From Thalia democratica (lineage: Eukaryota), in contig OZ241826.1 of assembly GCA_965202585.1 (NCBI GenBank), forward strand, positions 74,586,001 through 74,650,000: DNA of 64,000 nt. Reading direction: 5' to 3'. Below, piece after piece: positions 1-9,122 of the stretch. Each line of letters opens with the position of its first letter. Position 1 is the stretch's first letter. The notes under the pieces are model-generated. The model ran no database searches. It saw only the letters and a list, made by a program, of their open reading frames with translations, and was not told where the DNA came from. A program made the position numbers and the translations under genes.

Positions 1-366
1 GAATATTCTTATATTTTGTTAAAGAAAATAATTTTATTTTAAGAAGTATATTTTTCTACTCCATTAAATATTTCCAACATAACACAACTTAAATTTAATA
101 AAATAAAAACTAAACAAAAAGCAACAAACTTTCAACATATGCTAATCACTAGTACTTTTGGAAGTAATGCACAGACAACTTAACCAAAAAAAAAGAAAAT
201 TAAAGGTATAGTAAAATGTTTACAGCATTCTATATTTTAGTGATTTAACTATTAGTCGTAAAAAAAACTTTTGGAAGTGTTTACAAATATAACCAAATTG
301 TTAGATTAAAAGATAAATACAAAAAAGATATTATGAAGTTTGTTTGTGTTCATAAAACGGTATACT

Positions 367-815
367 AACATTTCCAACCCGCGTTCAATTTCCACCTACA
401 CGATTCCCACCCGCTTAATTCCAACCCAATTAAATCCCACCCAAATCAATTCCCACCCGATCAATTCCAACCCGATCAATTCCCACCCGGATCAATTCCC
501 ACCCGGATCAGTTCCAACCCGATCATTTCCAACCCGAATCGATTCCCACCCGATCAAATCCCACCCGAATCGATTCCCACCCGATCAAATCCAACCCAAA
601 TCAATTCCAACCCGATTAAATCCCACCCGAATCAAATCCCACCCGATCAAATTCCACCCGATCAAATCCCACCCAAATCAAATCCAACCTGCACAATTCC
701 AACACGAATTAAATACCGGCCAAATCAATTCCCACCCGACCAATTCCCTCACGTTCAATTCCCATCCAGGTAAATTATCACTCGAATGAATTCTCACTCG
801 ACTCTATCCAGTTCA
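367..815 (+). repeat. Minisatellite array, about 25 copies of a 15-16 bp unit AATTCCCACCCGATC (left arm of a possible foldback element)
   Basis: Units such as aattcccacccgatc, aaatcccacccgaatc and aattccaacccgatc are read directly and degenerate toward 815. The array explains the spurious ORF 340..789. Confidence 0.95.
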
Positions 816-1142
816 AAAATATTTCAAATAAAATAGTTATCAACGTTTATATATGTTATACGGTTAGTTTAGATCAATAGTTTTATGCATAAATTCTAAT
901 CCGTTTAATTTTTGTACATGTAAAGTTTAAAAGGAAGATTGATTACAAGTTTTAGTCAAGTTCCATTCTTTTTAAGATTAAAATTTCATATTAATTCATA
1001 TATTTCGACCAAAATAGTTTTCTTTAATAACGTTTAACAATTAAGTTATTAAATTATAGTATTTTTTTTGTATTTATTAATATTGAATTTTAGTTGTATT
1101 AAAATGTAAAACTTTGTAAAAATATATTTGATCAATATGATA

Positions 1143-1475
1143 AAGTTGAATCAATTTTTATAAGAGGCATTTAAGCTCATAATTTCAACTTATTAGTATC
1201 TGTATAAGTTTTTGTTCGTTCAGAAATTCTTTTGTTTACAAAGTTTATTGAATATTTGTCTGGTTTTTAATATATATTCAATTTTTTATTTCTTCAATTT
1301 CAATAATGTTGTTATTTGTTATTTTAAAAATGTAGAACACAACGTTAAAAAAATTCTAAGTTCTATAGTGGGATTGATTCAGTTGAATCAGTTTTTATAT
1401 AAGGCATTTAATCCAACAACTTAAATATTGCAGTATCTGTGTCAGTTTTCGTTTTTGTTCGTTATTAAATTCTTT
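1143..1475 (+). repeat. Degenerate tandem duplication, period about 237 bp
   Basis: aagttgaatcaatttttataagaggcatttaa...agtatctgt...tttgttcgtt (1143-1230) versus cagttgaatcagtttttatataaggcatttaa...agtatctgt...tttgttcgtt (1380-1475). Confidence 0.75.
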
Positions 1476-2195
1476 TACTTCTGAAATTGGTTAGTAATAT
1501 TTATAAATATAAACCTTTGGTTAATTCTCATAGTACATTCTTAATGAAGATAAATTTATTGAAAGTGCTTTGAACACACATATTTAAAAATCAATTTTTA
1601 AAAGTCCTATAGCGGTAGATATTAAGTTATAATACTTTTTAGGAGGTGTTTAAAAATAGCATAAAAGACAATTGATAAATATGCATTTAAACATATTTTA
1701 GATTATATTGATTTTAAATCATACAGTAAGACAAATGCATTTACCCTGTATTATTTTAAACATTTACATCAGTCTTTGTGTAACAGTAAGTTTTTATTAG
1801 TTGTTTAATTTTTTTTTAACTTATCTATTTTCACATGAATAATAAAACATATGTTTTAGAAAAAAAAAACTTCATAGTTACAATAAAAATAAGCTCATTT
1901 TAGGTAGATATAGTACACAATTAATTTAGTTGGTTTAGAAGCTACGACTTAAAGAAAAAATTAAATAACAACTGAATAAGAACTTTTTTGAATGACAAAT
2001 ATTTTTTAAAAAAGACCAATTTTTCTATAATAACCTATTCGCGCCGCAGGCATCAAATACTTAAATTTGTTGTTAAATTAAACTTAGGAAGTATTGCTTT
2101 AAACAAGAAATATGAAACATTAAGCTTAATAAAACAAATTTTTTTTTTAAATTTCACTTTAAAAAAATTATACCCAGCAATACTAATTTCTATAG

Positions 2196-2757
2196 TCGTT
2201 ACAAAGGTAAATTTAATTGGAAATAGATCAGTTACCGTAGAACAGTTTGTTATAAAAATAGTTCGTATACTAAAAAACTTGAATTTGCTTTAAACCAGAT
2301 TTGGACTAAATTGTATTAGCCGTAAAAGCATTTTACAAAAGATAGGCCAATTTTCCTTGTCGGCCGTAATTACTTTTAAAAAATCTAGTAATCAACGAAC
2401 AAAAATTATTTAGGTCTAGAGTTTAATAAAATAAGCATTAATATAATTTTTAAATTCCAAAGTTCTTATTTAAGAAAACTATGTTGTACAGTACTATATT
2501 AATTTTTTGTTAAAATTAATTACAAAAACTAAAATATAATTAAGTGTCAATTGTTCCAACTCGTACAAAAAAATTAATTGGACATAAATTAGTTACCATG
2601 TTAGAAAATGGTTCCGATACTAAAAACTTAATTATTATTTAAACCTGATCTGGATTAAACTTTAGTGACAACGATAGCATTTTACAAGTAACAGACCAAC
2701 TTTCTGTTGCTCGCAAGTCGTAATTATTTAATTATCGTAGTTATTAACAAACAAAAC
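2196..2757 (+). repeat. Degenerate tandem duplication, period about 360 bp
   Basis: ttaattggaaatagatcagttacc...atactaaaaaactt...ttaaaccagatttggactaaa...agcattttacaa (2196-2405) versus ttaattggacataaattagttacc...atactaaaaactt...ttaaacctgatctggattaaa...agcattttacaa (2561-2757). Confidence 0.75.
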
Positions 2758-2934
2758 TGACAGTAAACTAAAAACATGATAAAATAAGAAACAATAACAA
2801 TTATAGCTTAAATAAAAAAAACGTTTTTACCTTACTAATTTCATATTTAAAATGATTTTAAAAAATACATAAACCAAAGTTTTAATGTGAGTTCCAAGCG
2901 TATTAAAATTTTTAATTCGCACAAGAATAAATAT

Positions 2935-3316
2935 GATCGGGTTTGATAATATATGGGAATTGACCGGGTAGGAATTATGTGGATAGGAATTGATTCGGGT
3001 GGGAAATGATCGGGTGGGAATATTGATCGGGTGGGAATTGATCGGGTGGGATTTGATTTTGGTTGGAATTGATTGGGTGGGATTTGATTTGGGTGGGAAT
3101 TGATCCGGATGGGAATTGATCGGGTGGGAATTGATCGGGTTGGAAAAGATTCGGGTGGGATTTGATTAGAGTTGAATTTGATCGGGTGGGATTTGATTCG
3201 GGTGGGAAATGATCGGGTGGGATTTGATTCGGTTCGGATTTGATTCGGGTGGGATTTTATTTGGGTTGGAATTGATCGGGTGGGAATTGTGCGCGGGTCG
3301 GAACTGAACGGTTCCC
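2935..3316 (-). repeat. Inverted copy of the same minisatellite array, about 22 units (right arm)
   Basis: The + strand reads gatcgggtgggaatt repeats. The outer end (reverse complement gggaaccgttcagttccgacccgcgcacaattccc) matches the left-arm start ttccaacccgcgttcaatttcc. Confidence 0.95.
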
Positions 3317-3416
3317 TCGTAAAACGTATATAAAATCAATCATAGAAAAAATAATCACTATTTTGAAAAATAAAAGTGGTGTTTAAAAAAAGAACTTCTA
3401 CTACTATAAAAAATGG

Positions 3417-4162
3417 GTAGGTGTAAAATTTGCAAGAGCGTACAAAATTGCACGAGGGCACAGAATTACACTAAGATGCTTTTGCACGAAGACATTTTTG
3501 CACGGGTTGAAATTTTTTTTTTTAACTTTTTTATTTTTCAACAATTTTTATATTAATTTTATTATTCTAATAGTTTTAATTTTATTTTCTACAACTGTTA
3601 CCACTAACCCTTACTCTCGGTCAGTAGCTTAACATTTATTTTTTCATTAATTGATTTTTTATTCTTATTTTAGTTGTTGTTATTATTATTTTAATTTCAT
3701 TATCACTGTTACCCTTAACCCTAACCCTCGGTTGTTAGCCTTTTGTTTTTTTTTTTAATTAATTTTTATTTATTTTCTTAGCTTATTTTAATAGTAATTT
3801 TTATTTTTATTTTTATACTTTCACTATTACCCCTAACCCTTACCCTCAGTCGATAATTTTTTTTTCTCCTTGTTTTTTTTTATTAATCTTTCTATAAGTT
3901 TTTGTTTTCTGTATTTTTGTTTATAACTTCTTATATTTCTGTTTATAACTTTTTAATGTTTCTTTTTTTACTCTCGTGCAAAAATGACCCGTGCAAAACT
4001 TTCACTTGTGCAAAATTGACTTTCCGTGCAAAATTGTCTTCGTGCTAGTTTGCCCTTCGTGCAAATTTTTCTTTGTGCAAAATTTACCTTTCGTGGAAAT
4101 TTGTCTTCGTGCAATTTAGTCCCCTCGTGCAATTTTTCTTCGTGCATTTTTTACCGTTTTCC
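3417..4162. mobile_element. Foldback/MITE-like element with inverted arms of TTGCACGA-core units and three internal TAACCC modules
   Basis: The left arm (3417-3510) has about 4 ttgcacga units. The right arm (3971-4162) has about 11 tcgtgcaa units of about 17 bp. Internal modules of the form actgttacccttaaccctaaccctcgg start at 3594, 3705 and 3823. Confidence 0.75.
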
Positions 4163-4902
4163 ATAAAAAATATATACTGATACTACTTATACGATTTTTT
4201 AATGTTTCTATAGCATTTTATTTAGTGATTGCAACACATTTAGACAGCCACAAAAATAGTTTACTGCTTTTTAAAAACTTTAGCTTAAACGTTTTTGACT
4301 TATTATGAGTTTGTTTAAAGAAATGCTTTACGATTAAGATGGAACTTATTCGATAAAACCCTTTTGTTTCAACATTAATCATCAATATAAAGAGATATAC
4401 GAATATTTTCTAAAATAATAGTCATAAAGCTGTTTAAGATTAAGCTTTATGCAATATTACTGATTAAGTGAATATTTTTTCCCCGCTTTTTATGTAATGT
4501 ATATAGTAAACAAAGACTAAGCTGTCAACATCAATATCCCAGCAAAACTAGATATAAAAATAATTCAACTTTGTAGTTAAATATAAATAATTTTAAAACG
4601 TTTTACTCTAGTTGTCTTTGCTACAATACAGTTAAATTTCTATACCTAATACCTTTAATCTTTTCATCAACAAAACATCTACGTTTTTAATTAGTACATG
4701 TAACGCAGCATACGTTTTACTCTAATATCTCTTAAAAATAAGTTCTAACTTATATTAGTATATGGATAGTGTAGAACGATTCACAATTAAGGTTTAAAGT
4801 ATCAAACCAAAAATCTACGTATCAATCAACTAAATTTTTAGATGCTTAGTTAAAGAATTAGTAAGCTTTGCCGCTAGTTTTGAAAATTTCAAATGATTAA
4901 AC

Positions 4903-5543
4903 CAGTGGTCGTCAAGGTGTAAACTGGTGCACACCAGGATACACGAAATTTATTTTTGGGTGCACGAAACTTTTAGGGTACACAATACTTATTTTGGGGT
5001 GCATGTATATTTTGGGTTGCACTAAAAAAATAACTTTTGTCTAGTTTATTAGTTGATAAACTTGAAATTTTACATTAAAGCACTTAATTATTTATGAACT
5101 TTTTAATCTATGAAGTTTTTAGGTCCCATAAGTTGTACTTAAGAATTTTTCGTATACAATTTAGTTCCTAGAATATCTAATGTAAGTTTTACCTCTTGCG
5201 GGCCGGATTCCACTTAAATTCTGTAAGTATTTTCAGAATAATTTTTTTTCTATGTGACTTTTAAAGTAAGAATTGAGCGATACATATAAGAATATTGTTG
5301 TGAAAATAGTATTATGGAAACTACTGTTTTTGGTAACATAAAGAAGTGCACAACTTTGTTGGAGTTTTCCATAAATAAATAAATTAGGTTCTAACACCAA
5401 AGCGAAAACATTCTGCGGTATCCTTTTAAAGAAAATTAAAGTAATTTAGGTGTTCCTACCACTAGCGGCGTAACTTAGGGGTACACATAAATTAATTTTA
5501 GCAGTTTAGTGTGCACAGAACTTTATCAGCTTGACGACCACTG
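4903..5543. mobile_element. Non-autonomous hAT element (MITE), 641 bp
   Basis: Perfect 14-bp TIR CAGTGGTCGTCAAG / CTTGACGACCACTG. Exact 8-bp TSD GATTAAAC at 4895-4902 and 5544-5551. Subterminal gggtgcac-like repeats. Confidence 0.92.
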
Positions 5544-5669
5544 GATTAAACCATTGTTCTTTAGTTAGAAGAAAAATTAAAATGTGTATAAAACAAAGGT
5601 AAAACAATAGAAATGCCGTTTTTGCGTTTGGAAATTTTTTACCTAAATATAGTTAAACAATAACTGATA

Positions 5670-6013
5670 CAGTGTTGCCAAAAAGAACCTGGAATCCCAA
5701 AAAAGTCATGAAATGTGACAACTTAGGTTTTAAAAAAGTTATAAAAACCTGAAATTTTAGCTAAAGTCACCAAAAAATCAATTAAACCTGGAATTTTAAA
5801 GAGTTTCTTCGATTGCATACACAAGTTCTATTATAAAAACACATACAAAGTAGCTTTACAGTATATTTTCAATGTTGCTATACTTTTCAATACAGTTTTT
5901 AACCTTTAATTTAACTTTAAACTAAAAATAGACCCCAAAACGTGTACTTTAAAAAACCTGAAAGAAATTCAAAAAACCTGGAAGATTTTTCTCTAAAACT
6001 AGTGGCAACCCTG
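5670..6013. mobile_element. hAT-like MITE, about 344 bp
   Basis: Ends CAGTGTTGCCA and TGGCAACCCTG are inverted with 10/11 identity. Internal aaacctggaa repeats. No TSD is recognisable. A related end occurs at 61948. Confidence 0.7.
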
Positions 6014-6637
6014 TGATTGCTAATACAAAACTGATAATTACTTCAAAAGTTAAAAAATCGTTGATTCAACAACTTTAATTATTTATTTTACCAAGTCTTA
6101 TTGTTTTTATTTAATAAAAGATTGACAATAAATACCTTGTTATAGAAATAGATACTGTCAAGCCTCATTTAGTTTTTAATTTTTTACTCGACTATTTCAG
6201 GTCTCAATTTAAAAACGCTTGGTAGAAAAATTTTTTCGTTCACATCTAAACTACAAAAAATCATATTGAAACATTTTTGTAATTGAACAAATAAAGATTT
6301 TATTTTAATAAGATCTGGAAATATAGAGTTTCTTCTATTTTTAATTTTTAAAGTTTTTATTTTCATAGTATAAAAGTTGTACGATTCCTTTAGGCCCTGC
6401 TTCAAATATAACTAACATGTATTAAAAAAGTTAATACTGAAAAAATGTTTAAAGTTATTAAAAAGATATTTAAAGTTTAGGTAAAACAATTAGAAAACAT
6501 GTTATTTGATTATCTTGAAAAATTTAAGAATAAAATATAATTGGCTTATTACTTGTCTAAGCTTTATATTCAAAAAAGCAGTTGAAGAACTATAATACTA
6601 TGTAACAAAGTTTAAAACACAAAACGTTAGATCTTTC

Positions 6638-6730
6638 AAAGTAGTGTACGACTCGAAAACCGAAAGTTTTTTTCGTACACTAAGCCCATAGACCGAGTTT
6701 ATTTTGAACGCCTTTTTTGTTCAATAAACT
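6638..6730 (+). mobile_element. Solo TIR arm of a dispersed MITE family (terminus CAAGTG(T/G)TGTGCGACTTGATAACC)
   Basis: aaagtagtgtacgactcgaaaaccgaaagtttttttcgtacac aligns to 61231 caagtgttgtgcgacttgataaccgaaagcttttttcgtgcac. Confidence 0.7.
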
Positions 6731-7416
6731 ATAATAAAAGTAAATATATAATGTGTTTAACAAACCTAAATTTTTAAAGCGTTTTTCATAAAAGTCAAAT
6801 ATAGTATTAACTTTAAAAATTTATATTTTTGTAGGCGACTAAAGTTTTTATAATCGTTTTTAAAATCTTTAATTATCTTTAAAAATAAATATATTTGTTA
6901 TAATTATACTTTTAAATATAATTGTAAAATTTACAAACTAAAAGAAAAACGCTTTGTGGAATAAAAAATGGTAATTATGGTAGTAATTTTTATCTTTTAA
7001 AGTAACTATTAGTTTTGTTTTAGCAACTATTTTAATACAAAGTTATTAAGTTGATTAGTTTATTGACCTTAACTATGTAATTTATGTTGAAATTATAGGG
7101 CTTTAACATTAAGACTATCTTTATTTGAATAAGTTAACATAGTTGAAAAATACTAAATATAGTGTAAATGTAGAAACTTTATATAAATAGAGTTACATTT
7201 ATTGTTTACTAACTAAATTATTAGTTTCAGTGGTTATAAAGTAATTCTTTTGCAATATATTTCAGTTCTGTATTTGACAAAACTAACACAAATTTTTTAA
7301 TACTGAGTATAGTTTTACTACCTTTAAATGTAAATACTTTCTATATATAAAAATACTTTATTATTACAAACTAAAAAATTAGTTTCAGTGATCTTAAAGT
7401 AATTTTCCTGCAAAAT

Positions 7417-7543
7417 ATGTCAGTTCTGTCAGTATTGGATCAGATCCAGGAGGATCACCTGAAATGTGGAGTGTGCTTGAACAAATTTGTAGGTCCCAGG
7501 ATGCTGGATTGTCATCACACCTTCTGCTTCAAATGTGTTAAAA
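7417..7543 (+). CDS. RING gene exon 1 (C-x2-C...C-x-H-x2-FC-x2-C)
   Basis: ATG at 7417; donor GTAAAA at 7544; phase 1. Confidence 0.85.
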
Positions 7544-9122
7544 GTAAAATATGTTGTATTTTCTTGAGTAGTACTTGTATTGTTATTTTTAGTTATATAC
7601 TTTCAGTTAATTCAGTTTTTAATGTTTTAGAAAAAATGATCCATTAACTTTCATGGCATAGTTTTCCATCCAGTCTATATAAACCGTCTTTTTTTAATGA
7701 CAGTTGTTGTTATATCAAAACTTGGTTTTAATAAAAGTTTCCAAAAAGTTTAAATGTTATCTTTACTATAATGTGCTAACTGAATAATCGAGTCTATAAA
7801 AAATGCTTTACTTTTATTAAATGAAACTGTTATAAAATTTAACCAACACTTATAAATTCAGAATAGTTTTAGAATACAACGTTCTATCATAGTTATGTTT
7901 CATTGATAAATTCTTTTTTCTGAAATGTAAATGTTATAGTAACTTGATTCAAAAAATGTACAAGTAGGCAGTATAGTATAGATATTAGTGTAAGAAATAA
8001 ATTAAGTACTGTTGTTAATTACATAAGATGTAAAGATTAATTTTTAGTAACCGTTTATATTTCCAAAAGAACTAGCAAAGAACAAAGTCATTAATTGCCC
8101 TCTGTGTCGCAGCATAACGAAGGGTAGCTCTGATGAAATAGAAAGCAATGAATTGATCAAAAAGCTCAACCGATTTGTCACAACGGTTAGCTTTAAAACT
8201 AAGTTACTATTGAGCTATTTAAGTTGGGTAAAAAAATCATATGTTGATAATTTGAAAAAAAAAGTAACGTATTATTATATTACATTAAAGCAACAAACAT
8301 GACTTAATACAGTGAACTTATAATTTTTAACCAAACTGCGTGTTAAAAAAAAAACTGAAGTTTAGTTTAAAAACATCATGTAAAAATAAGCTGGTAGAAA
8401 AATGTCCATTTTTTTCTAAATTTTAGATAAGTTGCATTTTTCAGGTTAGGCGCACTGCATCCGCTGATGTCTGTACAACTGCTGCTGGTGAAAATGTCGT
8501 TGAAAAAGTTAATCAAGGTGATGGTGAACACTTGAACGAGTTAGGCAAGTTGCCACCTAAAAAAGCCGTTTCATTGTTGGTTCAACAGTTGAGAAAAAGT
8601 GGAGTGTTGCAAATTAGAAAAAGGAACGAACCTGAGTTAGAAACGCGTAATGGCTCAGTTAGTTAATGTTTAATTATAAAAATTTGTTTTTCAGACTAAT
8701 TGAATATTTTGATATTATTGTTTACTAAACGACAAAAATTTGCTCGAAAAATGATGCTAGGACTTGGTGCACGAAAAAAAAAAAAGGTTATCAAGTCGCA
8801 CACCACTTGGATGCTGTTTGACGTTTTGTCACGGACAAACTTAAACATTAGAGTTATTTAACTAAATGTAAACAGAACGAGTCTGAATGCAGCAGTATGA
8901 CTGAATACACTTTAGCAAGTAGTGATGATGATGAAGGTCCTACTGGAGGAATTCGTAGAAGAAGGGTTAGTATTGTTAACTAACTTTGTAAAAAGTTCTT
9001 TTAAAAAACTTTTAAAACTTAAAAAAATATAAACTTTTATTAAGTAAGAAGTTATTTGTCATGTTAACAAAATTTGAAACCATGGGAAGATTTTTAAGCA
9101 AATATCTTTTCAACAGAACTGA
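7417..9122 (+). CDS. TRIM-type C3HC4 RING finger protein, about 183 aa; join(7417..7543,8070..8185,8445..8657,8876..8965,9117..9122)
   Basis: MSVLSVLDQIQEDHLKCGVCLNKFVGPRMLDCHHTFCFKCVK splices in phase 1 to KLAKNKVINCPLCR, completing the RING. Later exons are open in phase 0 with GTTAGY donors. The terminal exon (cag|AAC TGA) is less certain. Confidence 0.75.
8070..8185 (+). CDS. RING gene exon 2 (CPLCR)
   Basis: Acceptor ttccaaaag at 8061-8069 restores frame: LAKNKVINCPLCRSITKGSSDEIESNELIKKLNRFVTT; donor GTTAGC. Confidence 0.85.
8445..8657 (+). CDS. RING gene exon 3
   Basis: Acceptor tttttcag; 71 open codons VRRTASADVCTT...RKRNEPELETRNGS; donor GTTAGT. Confidence 0.7.
8718..8809 (-). mobile_element. 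Solo TIR arm of the same MITE family, in RING intron 3
   Basis: Its reverse complement caagtggtgtgcgacttgataacc is 23/24 identical to 61231-61254. Homology continues to tttttgtcgtt..aaaca. Confidence 0.8.
8876..8965 (+). CDS. RING gene exon 4 (acidic patch plus RRRR)
   Basis: Acceptor aaacag; NESECSSMTEYTLASSDDDEGPTGGIRRRR; donor GTTAGT; 90 nt, phase 0/0. Confidence 0.65.

Larger units (their letters stand above)
367..3316. mobile_element. Putative foldback-type element: long inverted arms built of tandem units around a 2.1 kb AT-rich non-coding core
   Basis: The two arms are inverted and share an outer ttcc(a/g)acccgcg motif. No TSD was found and unit order differs between arms, so two independent insertions remain possible. 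Confidence 0.45.

Noticed and set aside
340-789. 149-aa ORF with SHP/PTR repeats; also considered as a CRISPR-like array
   Set aside because: It is a translation of the 15-bp minisatellite. The units are contiguous with no unique spacers, and the context is eukaryotic.
7544-7647. C-terminal part of ORF 7417..7647
   Set aside because: Read-through into intron 1; the RING is completed by the exon at 8070.
8695-8850. Open frame TKRQKFARKMMLGLGARKKKK... as an extra RING exon
   Set aside because: It overlaps the MITE arm at 8718-8809, and the nearby acceptor gives an immediate stop in phase 0.
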